Shown in pieces: positions 42,208 through 51,398 of a DNA stretch of 58,083 bases. The stretch comes from a virus: IMG/VR virus record IMGVR_UViG_3300045988_084814. The stretch is one strand, 5' to 3'. Numbering within the stretch: the first letter of the stretch is position 1; each line of letters begins with the position of its first letter. A model generated the notes under the pieces. It had not been told where the DNA came from. It was given only the letters and a program-made list of their open reading frames with translations, and made no database searches. The position numbers were made by a program, and so were the translations under genes.

Positions 42208-42988
42208 AGAGTATCGGGCAAGAGAGGGAGTAAGCAGTACCGATTTAAAGAAGATTGCAAAGTCCCCAGCCCACTTCCGTTACTGGAAAGATAACCCCGA
42301 AGAAAGTACACCAGCGTTGCTTTTCGGCAGAGCAGTACATAAATATGTATTGGAAAAAGACAAGTTCAATGAGGAATTTGCCGTTGCACCCGAAGTAAAT
42401 AAACGAACAAAAGAGGACAAGGCTCAGTGGTTGTTATTTCAAGACCAAAACGAGGACAAAGACATTATCTCTCTTGAAGATTTTGAAAAGATAAAAGCCA
42501 TGAGAGAAACATTGTATCAGACACCTTTTGTAAGTCAGCTGTTAAAAGGCAAAAAAGAAGTATCTTACTTCACGAAAGATGATGAAACAGGATTGACAAT
42601 AAAGTGCCGTCCCGACTGTCAGACACAGGTCGGAGATACACATATTCTAATTGATTACAAATCTTGTTCAGATGCCAGCGGTGATAAATTCATGCGTGAC
42701 GCAATCAACTTAATGTATGATTTGCAGATGGCATTTTATAAAGACATTATGGATAAAGTGACAGAGCACGAACACTCAGTCATTTTCATAGCACAGGAAA
42801 AAACACCACCGTATGCAGTAAACATTTTAGAAGCAAATGAGTATTTTCTAAGAAGTGGCAGAGATATGTATAGAACCTATCTCAATGTCTACAAAGAGTG
42901 TTTAGAGAGTGGTAACTGGTATGGTTACACAAATGGTGAGGTAAACACGCTTGGTTTGCCAAACTGGTTACAGAAACAATATGAATAG
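42182..42988 (+). CDS. PD-(D/E)XK exonuclease (RecE/exonuclease VIII-like)
   Basis: Motifs GRAVHKYVLE...RPDCQ...ILIDYKS. Paired with an annealing-protein gene. Confidence 0.6.
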   Translation: MKDLIISNKEYRAREGVSSTDLKKIAKSPAHFRYWKDNPEESTPALLFGRAVHKYVLEKDKFNEEFAVAPEVNKRTKEDKAQWLLFQDQNEDKDIISLEDFEKIKAMRETLYQTPFVSQLLKGKKEVSYFTKDDETGLTIKCRPDCQTQVGDTHILIDYKSCSDASGDKFMRDAINLMYDLQMAFYKDIMDKVTEHEHSVIFIAQEKTPPYAVNILEANEYFLRSGRDMYRTYLNVYKECLESGNWYGYTNGEVNTLGLPNWLQKQYE

Positions 42989-43003
42989 AAAAGGGGAAAC
43001 AAT

Positions 43004-43318
43004 ATGAAGCTTTATTTTTACAGGGTGAATACAAATGAAAGATATGGGAAATTAGGAATTACAGTTCAGGCACGTGAAGCCGCGGAAAAAACTAAAACAT
43101 ATTGGCCTGTTGGCGATGCTTTTCCAGGGGTTACCAGCAGAGTAAGAAAGGATAGCATCGGGGAGATTAACGACAGATGGCTAGTTCTTACAGAACCTAA
43201 TTTTGAATATGTAAAGAAAAAGTTTACAGAATTGTTAAAATCAAAAGTTGCGTTGCTTAAAGAGAGTCTTGAAAGAGAAGAGAGAGTATTAAAGTTAATC
43301 GAAGAAAGTGAGGAATAG
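43004..43318 (+). CDS. Hypothetical protein
   Basis: 104-aa ORF. Confidence 0.5.
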   Translation: MKLYFYRVNTNERYGKLGITVQAREAAEKTKTYWPVGDAFPGVTSRVRKDSIGEINDRWLVLTEPNFEYVKKKFTELLKSKVALLKESLEREERVLKLIEESEE

Positions 43319-43321
43319 AAC

Positions 43322-44170
43322 ATGAATGAAGTGAGCGTTAATAGTAACAATCATGTACCTTTTAACAACATAAATCAAGGTACGGTAGCAGTCGAAAGTA
43401 GTCGTGCAATTACAGAAGCACAGGGGAAATTGTTACTTGCAAAGCAGTTTCCGAGAAATTATACAAATTGCTATGCAACAGCTATTGAAGCGTGTCAGCG
43501 TAAAGGCTTTGCGGATAAAGCATTTTTTGCATATCCACGAGGGGGACAGACGGTAACAGGAGTAACGATAAGATTTGCCGAGGAATTAGCAAGATGCTAC
43601 GGCAACCTTGATTATGGCATAAAAGAGTTGTCACACGAAGATGGCAAATCCGAAATGCAGGCATATGCATGGGATTTAGAGACAAATACAGTGTCAAGTC
43701 AGAACTTTACAGTTGAGCATATCATGGAAACACGAAACGGCAGCAGAAAGTTGACAAGCCAGCGTGATATTTACGAGAGAACAGCTAATGACGGTGCAAG
43801 AAGATTAAGAAGCCGTATTTTGGCGATATTGCCGCCCGATTTGGTTGAGGACTGCATAAAAGAGTGTAAAAAGACACTTGCAGGGCAGAACGGCATTCCT
43901 TTTAAAGACAAAGTTAAAAATATGGTTGTAGCTTTTGCTAAATACGGTGTTACAAAGGAAATGCTTGAAAAGAGATTAGACCACACTGTCGAGAGTATCA
44001 GTGAAGATGAACTGACAGAGTATATAGGTATTTTCAACGGTTTGGCACAGAAAGAAACAACGGTTTCAGATTGGTTTGAACAGCCAAAGACAGCAAGTCA
44101 GATGACTGCATTGCTTGAAGAGGCTGAGAAAGAAGAAAAAGAGAAAGCACAGAAAGAGGAAAAGAAATAA
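43322..44170 (+). CDS. Single-strand annealing recombinase (RecT/Red-beta-like)
   Basis: 282 aa. Contains GVTIRFAEELARCYGNLDYG. Lies next to the exonuclease gene. The exact family is uncertain. Confidence 0.55.
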   Translation: MNEVSVNSNNHVPFNNINQGTVAVESSRAITEAQGKLLLAKQFPRNYTNCYATAIEACQRKGFADKAFFAYPRGGQTVTGVTIRFAEELARCYGNLDYGIKELSHEDGKSEMQAYAWDLETNTVSSQNFTVEHIMETRNGSRKLTSQRDIYERTANDGARRLRSRILAILPPDLVEDCIKECKKTLAGQNGIPFKDKVKNMVVAFAKYGVTKEMLEKRLDHTVESISEDELTEYIGIFNGLAQKETTVSDWFEQPKTASQMTALLEEAEKEEKEKAQKEEKK

Positions 44171-44586
44171 TGACATACAAAGTGATGATTGATAAGAAAA
44201 ATAATACATTTCCCTTAAAAGGGTTGAATGAACTGTTAAGCAGTAGATTATACAACCCACGCACGAAAAGATATACAAATTCTGTCAAGACTTCAAATGA
44301 CAGAACTTGCTTAAAAGCAATAAAAAAGTGCTTACCATCGGTGCATATTGATAAGCCTGTTAGATGTACTTATCACATCTATACAGCAGACAAAAGGCAC
44401 GACAGAAGCAATCTGTACAGTGCGATTGAAAAGTCATTTTTAGACGCTTTACAGATAGCAAAAGTCATTAGAAATGATGGCTGGGATGATGTTCTTGACA
44501 GTGTTTTTCACACAGAGGTTGACAAGGAAAATCCGAGAGTTGTAGTGGAAATTGAGGTTTTGGGAAAGGAGCAAGATAGAAATTGA
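44170..44586 (+). CDS. RusA-like Holliday junction resolvase
   Basis: DRSNLYSAIEKSFLDALQIAKVIRNDGWDDV resembles the RusA catalytic core. Confidence 0.5.
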   Translation: MTYKVMIDKKNNTFPLKGLNELLSSRLYNPRTKRYTNSVKTSNDRTCLKAIKKCLPSVHIDKPVRCTYHIYTADKRHDRSNLYSAIEKSFLDALQIAKVIRNDGWDDVLDSVFHTEVDKENPRVVVEIEVLGKEQDRN

Positions 44587-44858
44587 CACAAGAAAATTTA
44601 GTTGAAAAGTTAAGTAAAGTAGGGATAAAAGGTGAATGGATAAATTGTGACGAAAATGGATTTAGTAGAATTTTTGAATTTAAATTAGGTAATCAAACTA
44701 TCCAAATTGAATGGTATTGTAATTATTCTACTATCATGATTGGCAATGCATATTTTTGGTTTGATAGTATATTGCTACATAGTGGTTATCCAAGACAAGG
44801 AAAATGGATTGAATTTTCTTTCAGAAATGAACATCCGTTACATTTAAAAGTTAGTTAG
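44583..44858 (+). CDS. Hypothetical protein
   Basis: TTG start. 91 aa. The start site is uncertain. Confidence 0.4.
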   Translation: MTQENLVEKLSKVGIKGEWINCDENGFSRIFEFKLGNQTIQIEWYCNYSTIMIGNAYFWFDSILLHSGYPRQGKWIEFSFRNEHPLHLKVS

Positions 44859-44873
44859 AAAGGGAGTAAGAAT

Positions 44874-45263
44874 ATGAAATCAGCAAATTTAGAACAGATG
44901 ATGGCTGATATGAATAATGGCACCTATGACTTGACTTGCAACGGAGAGTGTACTCAATGCGGTAATTGTTGCAGTAACTTACTTCCTATGACAGAAGATG
45001 AAATTGTAACAATCCACAGGTACATCAAAAAACATCATATTAAGGAACACAGGCATAATTATCCGATGGTTACACCAACAATGGATATGACTTGTCCGTT
45101 CCTTAATGATGATAAGTCAAAAGAAAAATGCGAGATTTATTCAGTCAGACCTAGGATTTGCAGAGAGTTTATCTGCTGTCCGAGTAAAAGACCGCCGATT
45201 GATGATTGGGGTTATAAATTAAAGTGCAAGGCAGTTGATGTCAGAAAGGAGTTTTTCAAATGA
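44874..45263 (+). CDS. YkgJ-family Cys-cluster (zinc/iron-chelating) protein
   Basis: Contains CTQCGNCC...CPFL...C..Y..RP..CR.F. Confidence 0.6.
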   Translation: MKSANLEQMMADMNNGTYDLTCNGECTQCGNCCSNLLPMTEDEIVTIHRYIKKHHIKEHRHNYPMVTPTMDMTCPFLNDDKSKEKCEIYSVRPRICREFICCPSKRPPIDDWGYKLKCKAVDVRKEFFK

Positions 45264-45532
45264 GAGTTATATCACAGAATGGAAAATTTGATTATCCATA
45301 CGAACAGAGTATTATTTTTATCGACCCAAGAGGAACACACACTGTTTTAATACAGCCAGCCGGAGAACACAAGGGCTTTGCGTTAGGTATATATTCCACC
45401 AAAGAAAAGGCAATTAAGGCTATGGAAATGCTTAGAGAAGCATGGATAAAGGAAACTGTAGAATTTGAGGATGGAATTTACCATAGAAATATTATCTTTC
45501 AGTTTCCACAGGATAGCGAAATCGAGGTGTAA
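45260..45532 (+). CDS. Hypothetical protein
   Basis: 90-aa ORF with a coupled start. Confidence 0.5.
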   Translation: MRVISQNGKFDYPYEQSIIFIDPRGTHTVLIQPAGEHKGFALGIYSTKEKAIKAMEMLREAWIKETVEFEDGIYHRNIIFQFPQDSEIEV

Positions 45533-45533
45533 T

Positions 45534-45791
45534 ATGAAACAAAATCCAGCAAACGCAATTAAAACTACCATGTGGAAATTTCTCATGGATAAAGGTCAGA
45601 AAGAAAATATACCAGCTTTGAAAGAGTATGTTTATGACCTTATTAAAATGACAACGCAGAAGACTGCAGGTCAGAGAAAAGAAACAAAGAATGATATAAG
45701 TTGGGATGAACTTGATATGACGCTTATGTCAATAGTGATAGAAGCTACTGCATTAGTGTTGTCAGGAAGATTAGACGAGTTAAAAAATTAA
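45534..45791 (+). CDS. Hypothetical protein
   Basis: ATG after GAGGTG. 85 aa. Confidence 0.5.
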   Translation: MKQNPANAIKTTMWKFLMDKGQKENIPALKEYVYDLIKMTTQKTAGQRKETKNDISWDELDMTLMSIVIEATALVLSGRLDELKN

Positions 45792-45806
45792 GGAGTTGAA
45801 CTACAA

Positions 45807-46373
45807 ATGAGTGCAAGGCGTGCGGCTATAAGGCGTGAGAGATTGCAGAGGAACAAAATCGAGAAGAAAAAAGGTAAGATTGGTAGCTTAGAAAGAGCAA
45901 AAGAGCAAGGTGTTATTGACGGTAGGGCGATAGGTGTTAGTGCGTGCCTTGAAGTGTTGCATAGTAAATACAAGTTTAGTAATAACAAAGCACAACAGTT
46001 ACTCAATGTTATGGGTAAGGAGAGTGCAAGACTTGATGATGCAGGAGTCAGATTTGTTGCAAATTACTACGCTGAAAAGTTTGAAAAAAAACTAGATGCA
46101 CTGGGGATGTATCAAGATGCAGCTGGCATTCCTACAAAGATTTATTGTGCAGCAAAGCATGAGTTGTTTGTAACATCGGTCGCAATAGTCTTGATGGTGT
46201 TAAATGAGTTATGGAATTTTAGCAGTAACGATAAAAACACAGGTCGGCTTGATTATATCATGGAATATTGCACTAATCGTTATTTGGAAGTGCAGTTGGA
46301 TTGTGAACACAATACAGCACAGTATTATTTTGAACGGATGCTTAGAAAGACAGGCTATCAGTTGAACTGGTAG
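45807..46373 (+). CDS. Hypothetical protein
   Basis: 188-aa ORF. Confidence 0.55.
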   Translation: MSARRAAIRRERLQRNKIEKKKGKIGSLERAKEQGVIDGRAIGVSACLEVLHSKYKFSNNKAQQLLNVMGKESARLDDAGVRFVANYYAEKFEKKLDALGMYQDAAGIPTKIYCAAKHELFVTSVAIVLMVLNELWNFSSNDKNTGRLDYIMEYCTNRYLEVQLDCEHNTAQYYFERMLRKTGYQLNW

Positions 46374-46554
46374 AGGTGATTATATGATTGAAGCAAAAGA
46401 ACAGGCAAAAAGAAAGGAATAACGAATACCTGGTAAACCAGGTTGATGCTGAGGGTGTTTAACAGCTTGCATAAAAATGTTCATTAGTAGCGTGTAAAAA
46501 GCAAGGGAAGCCATTGAACATTTATCCATGTTACTGTATTTGTAGCGTGGTGTT

Positions 46555-47304
46555 ATGACTAAAAAGCTAAATGTATGTTGGATAAGTGCAGGAATATCTA
46601 GTTTTATGGCAGGATATTTAGCAGGAGATATAGATGAATGGATTTACATTGATATATCAGACCAACATAGTGACAGCATTAGATTTATTAAAGATTGTGA
46701 GAAAGCAATCGGAAAAGAAATACATGTTTTGAGCAGTAAGGAATATAGGAGCGTTGAAGATTGTGTACGAGTGTTCGGCGGTTTTAGGAATCCAGCTAAC
46801 GGATTCGCACCTTGCACAAATTGGTTAAAAAAGAGAGTTCGTAAAGAGTGGGAAGAACAGCACAAAGAGTGTGATTTAAGTTATGTGTGGGGATTTGATT
46901 TGAAAGAGAAAAATCGAGCAGAGAGAACAATCGAAGCTAATCCGCAAGCAAAACATGAATTTCCCCTTATTGACCGAGAGCTTTCTAAAGAGGAAGTTCA
47001 TGGACTATTTGAACGGACTTTTGATTTTGACCGACCGAAAATGTACGAATTAGGTTACCCGAATAATAACTGCATTGGATGTGTAAAAGGCGGCATGGGT
47101 TACTGGAATAATATCCGTAAGGATTTCCCTAATGTATTTGAAAGCAGAGCCAAATTGGAAAGAGAAGTTGGCTACTCGATACTGAAAGACAGTGATGGCA
47201 AACCTATATTTCTTGATGAATTAGACCCGAACAGGGGAAATATGAACACTGAAATTTTTCCCGACTGCGGCATAATGTGTTATTTGAGTTTAGATGCGAG
47301 GTGA
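46555..47304 (+). CDS. PAPS reductase-like PP-loop ATPase family protein
   Basis: N-terminal VCWISAGISS looks like a variant of the SGGxDS PP-loop. Size and C-terminal CIGC motif fit phage PAPS-reductase-like proteins. Confidence 0.55.
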   Translation: MTKKLNVCWISAGISSFMAGYLAGDIDEWIYIDISDQHSDSIRFIKDCEKAIGKEIHVLSSKEYRSVEDCVRVFGGFRNPANGFAPCTNWLKKRVRKEWEEQHKECDLSYVWGFDLKEKNRAERTIEANPQAKHEFPLIDRELSKEEVHGLFERTFDFDRPKMYELGYPNNNCIGCVKGGMGYWNNIRKDFPNVFESRAKLEREVGYSILKDSDGKPIFLDELDPNRGNMNTEIFPDCGIMCYLSLDAR

Positions 47305-47308
47305 GAAC

Positions 47309-47512
47309 ATGAATGTATATTTAGTGAGCAGAACAGAAAAAATCAGTTGGTGTGAGGATATTGAAATGATTGTAATTGCAGAGGATGATTTGCACGCTGA
47401 GCGAAGAGCAAGATGGAGTTCTCGAGACTTTAAAAAAGCTAAAAATTTATCTATTAAAAAGATTGATATTAGCAAGGAACAGGCTGTCTTGATTTCAAAT
47501 ATGGGAGCATAA
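47309..47512 (+). CDS. Hypothetical protein
   Basis: ATG after GAGGTGAG. 67 aa. Confidence 0.45.
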   Translation: MNVYLVSRTEKISWCEDIEMIVIAEDDLHAERRARWSSRDFKKAKNLSIKKIDISKEQAVLISNMGA

Positions 47513-47523
47513 GGAGATTAGAT

Positions 47524-47706
47524 ATGACAGTAGACGAATTTAAGCTACTTGCGGTAGATACTAAGATTTCAGTGCGTGATATACGAACTGGGGAGTATCT
47601 TAAAGACAAGAAAGAATACGGCAGGCGAAAGGTACAAAGTTTGTATGCAAGAACACACAGGTATCAAGGCGATTGTGAAGCTAACATTGTGTTAATGGTG
47701 AGGTGA
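47524..47706 (+). CDS. Hypothetical protein
   Basis: 60-aa ORF with SD AAGGAG. Confidence 0.45.
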   Translation: MTVDEFKLLAVDTKISVRDIRTGEYLKDKKEYGRRKVQSLYARTHRYQGDCEANIVLMVR

Positions 47707-47710
47707 TTTG

Positions 47711-48109
47711 ATGGAAGATAGATATTTATTCAAGGCAAAGAGAGTTGACGATGGAGAATGGGTTATTGGCTATATTGCGAGATATGGACATACAGGGAAA
47801 GAAAAATACTATATAATTCCAAGCTATGCATCTGATTTATATTCTTTTTTAATAGACAAAAATACAATCTGCCAATGCACCGGCTTGAAAGATAAGAACG
47901 GCAAGCTGATTTGGGAGAATGATATTGTAAGAGTAAAGTATTCAGATGGCTTTGAAGAAATTACAGAAGTTGCATACTCAAAAAATGGATATTCTCCTTA
48001 TCTTAATGAGTATGAATGTGAGGATTGCTGTTCTTATTGCGAGGTTACAGAAATAGAAATAATCGGCAACATTTTTGACAATCCTGAGTTATTAGAAAGC
48101 GAGGAATAA
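47711..48109 (+). CDS. YopX-family protein
   Basis: Contains CTGLKDKNGKLIWENDIV and the C-terminal IGNIFDNPELL. Confidence 0.7.
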   Translation: MEDRYLFKAKRVDDGEWVIGYIARYGHTGKEKYYIIPSYASDLYSFLIDKNTICQCTGLKDKNGKLIWENDIVRVKYSDGFEEITEVAYSKNGYSPYLNEYECEDCCSYCEVTEIEIIGNIFDNPELLESEE

Positions 48110-48110
48110 C

Positions 48111-48377
48111 ATGACAGAGCAGGAAGCAATAATGATTATAGAAAATGAACGCCCGAGTTGCGGAAAGAAAATTGAATTTACGGAAGAAGAAAAATACGAA
48201 GCATATAGCATGGCAATACAGGCACTTGAAAAGCAGATACCGAAGAAACCAGATTTTACAGAAGATAAAGAATTTGCTTTATGTCCTTGTTGCAATGGTA
48301 AGAGTTTACGTGACAAACAGAAATATTGTGAGAATTGCGGTCAGAAGTTGGATTGGTCAGAAGAAAGTGAGGGATAA
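48111..48377 (+). CDS. Zinc-ribbon hypothetical protein (paralog of 54391-54756)
   Basis: Shared motifs: AIQALE, PKKP, C..CG and YCENCGQKLDWSEE. Confidence 0.5.
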   Translation: MTEQEAIMIIENERPSCGKKIEFTEEEKYEAYSMAIQALEKQIPKKPDFTEDKEFALCPCCNGKSLRDKQKYCENCGQKLDWSEESEG

Positions 48378-48379
48378 AC

Positions 48380-48853
48380 ATGGCAAGGATATTTAGATTT
48401 AGTGGCTATTTTGTAGATAATGACAAGTACCCGTATGAAGATTGGGAATTTGAAGATGCCCTTCTTGATGAAATAACAACAATGGTTGAAAGTTATGCTG
48501 TTCATCAGCTCCACATTGAACAGGGTGAGGATTTTGTAATTGATGGAGAACTGGAAGAAAATTGTGACCTTGCATTACTCACAAGGCATTTTAAGAAAGA
48601 TGTTGATTACAATTTTGACCGACCTATTCCACAGACAGGTGAAAAATATAGACATTTTAAGCAGGGCAAAATAGTTAATATCATTGGGATTTGCAGACAC
48701 ACAGAAACCGCAGAAATTTCAGTGGTGTACGGTTGTGAAGGGCAAGTTTGGAACAGACCTCTTGAAATGTTTATGAGCGAAGTTGACAAAAAGAAATATC
48801 CTGATGCGAAGCAGAGATATAGATTTGAAAGGCTTAGTGATGTTTTGGTGTGA
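48380..48853 (+). CDS. DUF1653-domain protein
   Basis: Contains YRHFKQGKIVNIIGICRHTETAEISVVY...WNRPLEMF. Confidence 0.6.
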   Translation: MARIFRFSGYFVDNDKYPYEDWEFEDALLDEITTMVESYAVHQLHIEQGEDFVIDGELEENCDLALLTRHFKKDVDYNFDRPIPQTGEKYRHFKQGKIVNIIGICRHTETAEISVVYGCEGQVWNRPLEMFMSEVDKKKYPDAKQRYRFERLSDVLV

Positions 48854-49082
48854 GAAAGAAAATAGGTGGTGTTCGGTTTGGAGTTGTGACAGAGAGGAAT
48901 GTGAATTTGTGGTAAGAGCAAGTGACAAAGAAAGATTTTATCAATGTTTGACTTGTCTACACCTTGAAAACTGCAATTTAGACGAAAAGTCAGAAGATGA
49001 AAGAGGGTTGTGCAAAGAATATAGAATTGACAAGGGCTATATAAAGCGTTTAAAAAAACAGATAGTTTCAAAAATGAGGTGA
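48840..49082 (+). CDS. Cys-rich hypothetical protein
   Basis: ATG after GAAAGG. 80 aa. Confidence 0.4.
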   Translation: MFWCEKENRWCSVWSCDREECEFVVRASDKERFYQCLTCLHLENCNLDEKSEDERGLCKEYRIDKGYIKRLKKQIVSKMR

Positions 49083-49086
49083 TAAT

Positions 49087-49290
49087 ATGATAATGGAATT
49101 GATTGAAAAGAAAAACAAGCCTTTAAAGACAAAGTTTCAATTTACAAAAAAAGAATTTGAGAAACTTGACATATTTACTCAGTCGATATTTAAAAATTCA
49201 GCAGAAACAGTAGGGGAAACAGCAAGAAATATTTATTTTATTGTAGCTGGAGATTGGCTTAATATGAGGGAAATAGAGGTGATTAAGTGA
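49087..49290 (+). CDS. Hypothetical protein
   Basis: SD GAGGTG. 67 aa. Confidence 0.45.
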   Translation: MIMELIEKKNKPLKTKFQFTKKEFEKLDIFTQSIFKNSAETVGETARNIYFIVAGDWLNMREIEVIK

Positions 49291-49433
49291 TACCCGAATG
49301 TGTAAACTGTAAAAATCTCTTTACTTGCACAATAAAAGACAAACCGAAAAATGAAGCGTGCGTAATGTTTGAGGAAAGAGACAAGGATAAATCAGAAGCA
49401 GTAAAAAAGGCGGTGAGTAAAAATGAGCAGTAA
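49287..49433 (+). CDS. Small hypothetical protein (48 aa)
   Basis: GTGA start/stop overlap with the upstream gene. SD GAGGTG. Confidence 0.35.
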   Translation: MIPECVNCKNLFTCTIKDKPKNEACVMFEERDKDKSEAVKKAVSKNEQ

Positions 49434-49481
49434 GTTACACGAAATGCTTGTAAGTGATTGTTTGAAAGTAGGTGATTTAGA

Positions 49482-49787
49482 GTGAGTGGTGGAAGTTGGA
49501 GCTATTTATATTCAAAAGAGATTGACGAACTTATGCAGTACAGCAACATTGAATTATTGGAAGAAATGGTTGATTATCTCAATCAAAACGGATATGAAGA
49601 TGTGGCAAAAGATACAAGGCGGTTAGTTGAATATATCAAATCAGCTAAAATAAGAGTGGAAACGCTCTTTGAAATGTTAAGCCCTGTTTTCAAAGCTGTT
49701 GAATGGTATTATAGTGCGGATTGGGGCAAAGATAGAGTTGACAAGGCAATAGAAGAATACAGGAATGGAAAGGGTGGTTCAGAATGA
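49482..49787 (+). CDS. Hypothetical protein
   Basis: GTG start after AGGTG. 101 aa. Confidence 0.45.
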   Translation: MSGGSWSYLYSKEIDELMQYSNIELLEEMVDYLNQNGYEDVAKDTRRLVEYIKSAKIRVETLFEMLSPVFKAVEWYYSADWGKDRVDKAIEEYRNGKGGSE

Positions 49788-49999
49788 AAAGAAAAGACTG
49801 CATAGAGGTATTAGACCACTTAAAAGAAAAGCTGAAAGAAAAAGATATAATTGCCGTACAGGATAGTGAAGATGATTATAAATGCCCTGTGTGCGGTCAG
49901 ATTTTTACAGGTGAAGATATTATTAAATACTCTTACAAGTGGTGCTATAACTGCGGTCAGAGAGTAGATTTTACTCTTCCGAGAAACAGATTTAACTAA
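49784..49999 (+). CDS. Zinc-ribbon hypothetical protein
   Basis: Contains CPVCGQ...CYNCGQ. Confidence 0.5.
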   Translation: MKRKDCIEVLDHLKEKLKEKDIIAVQDSEDDYKCPVCGQIFTGEDIIKYSYKWCYNCGQRVDFTLPRNRFN

Positions 50000-50066
50000 C
50001 TAAAAATCAAAGAAAGGAATAGGTTGTCGCGACATAAAACTGAGGTTTCCTTTTGGTAGAAAAAGT

Positions 50067-50474
50067 ATGAATTTTGACAATTATTCTTGTAGCGGACAGA
50101 TGGATATATTCGACTTCTTAGAAGATAAGAACAAAGTGAAAGAGTTTAATCCTTTGAAAGCACTTGCTTTATGCGGTACAAGGGTTCGAGGTGGGACGAA
50201 AAGGATAAAAGAGTATTTTCTTGAAAATCATAATTTGAGAGAAAAAGTTGCGTTTTTGAAAAACGAATACGGAACAGGCGGTTTTGGTTCACCAGTTAAA
50301 AAGCCTTGCTATATACATGGAATGTGTACGGCTACTTCACAGAAGTTGATTGAATATGAGTATTACGATGAAGACATGCAGGACATAAAGAAGTATTGCA
50401 GTTGGGTTGACTTGGCGAATGTTATTACAGAAATGATTGAGCATAATGAATATATTTATAGAGAGGGTGATTGA
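50067..50474 (+). CDS. Hypothetical protein
   Basis: 135-aa ORF. Confidence 0.5.
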   Translation: MNFDNYSCSGQMDIFDFLEDKNKVKEFNPLKALALCGTRVRGGTKRIKEYFLENHNLREKVAFLKNEYGTGGFGSPVKKPCYIHGMCTATSQKLIEYEYYDEDMQDIKKYCSWVDLANVITEMIEHNEYIYREGD

Positions 50475-50618
50475 ATGAAATGGAGATTTCCTGAAACACT
50501 TATTAAAAGCGAATATAACAGGATGCCTACTAATGTAGATTTGGCGAAATATACATCTCCGAAAAAGTATGGCATTTATTTACAAGAGAAGAAACATAAG
50601 AAAAAAAGGAAGTGGTGA
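50475..50618 (+). CDS. Small basic hypothetical protein (47 aa)
   Basis: SD GAGGGTG. Confidence 0.3.
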   Translation: MKWRFPETLIKSEYNRMPTNVDLAKYTSPKKYGIYLQEKKHKKKRKW

Positions 50619-50620
50619 TT

Positions 50621-51397
50621 ATGGCGATTTACAGAAATGTAAGGCTTTCGTTTTGGAGTGATAATAAGGTAATAGACGAGTTCACCCCCGAAGATAAGTA
50701 TTTTTACTTGTATCTGCTGACGAATCCGCAGACAAACTTATGTGGTTGCTATGAAATAAGTTACAAGAGTATGAGTGAAGATACAGGATATAACAAAGAT
50801 ACTTGTTTGAGATTATTAAAAAGATTTGATGAAGTACATAATGTTATCAAATTTAATGAAAGTACAAAAGAGATATTGATATTAAACTGGTATAAATATA
50901 ATTGGAGCAGTTCGACAAAGACTATCACGGGAGTTATGTCAGCGGCGAAGTACATAAAATGTGAAAAATTTAGAAATTATGTTTTAAGTGTTGCAGAAAG
51001 TGTGAAGAATGGTAATAAAGAGCCAGTCAGATACCCCATAGAAGCATCTGTATCTGATACTGTTACTGATTCTGTTTCTGAAACTGATACTGTAAAAGAA
51101 AGCAAGTCAGAAGATATAAAAAGGATTGTTGACTATCTGAATGAAAAATGCGGAACACATTATAGATACAATACGGCAAATACAAGAAAACATATCATAG
51201 CAAGATTTAACGACGGATATGCAGTTGATGATTTTGTGCAGGTGATTGACAAAAAGACAGGTGAGTGGATGGGAACGAAATTTCAGCAGTATTTACGCCC
51301 CGACACTTTGTTTGGTAGTAAATTTGAAAGTTATGTAAATCAACAGGTTGTAACAGATGGGACTGCTAAACTTGTAAACGATTGGAGAGGAAGTTGA
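50621..51397 (+). CDS. Replisome organizer (DnaD-like N-terminus plus conserved phage C-terminal domain)
   Basis: N-terminus YRNVRLSFWSD...YLYLLTNPQTNLCG. C-terminus NEKCGTHYR...ARFNDGY..DDFVQVID...YLRPDTLFGSKFESY. Confidence 0.7.
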   Translation: MAIYRNVRLSFWSDNKVIDEFTPEDKYFYLYLLTNPQTNLCGCYEISYKSMSEDTGYNKDTCLRLLKRFDEVHNVIKFNESTKEILILNWYKYNWSSSTKTITGVMSAAKYIKCEKFRNYVLSVAESVKNGNKEPVRYPIEASVSDTVTDSVSETDTVKESKSEDIKRIVDYLNEKCGTHYRYNTANTRKHIIARFNDGYAVDDFVQVIDKKTGEWMGTKFQQYLRPDTLFGSKFESYVNQQVVTDGTAKLVNDWRGS

Positions 51398-51398
51398 T

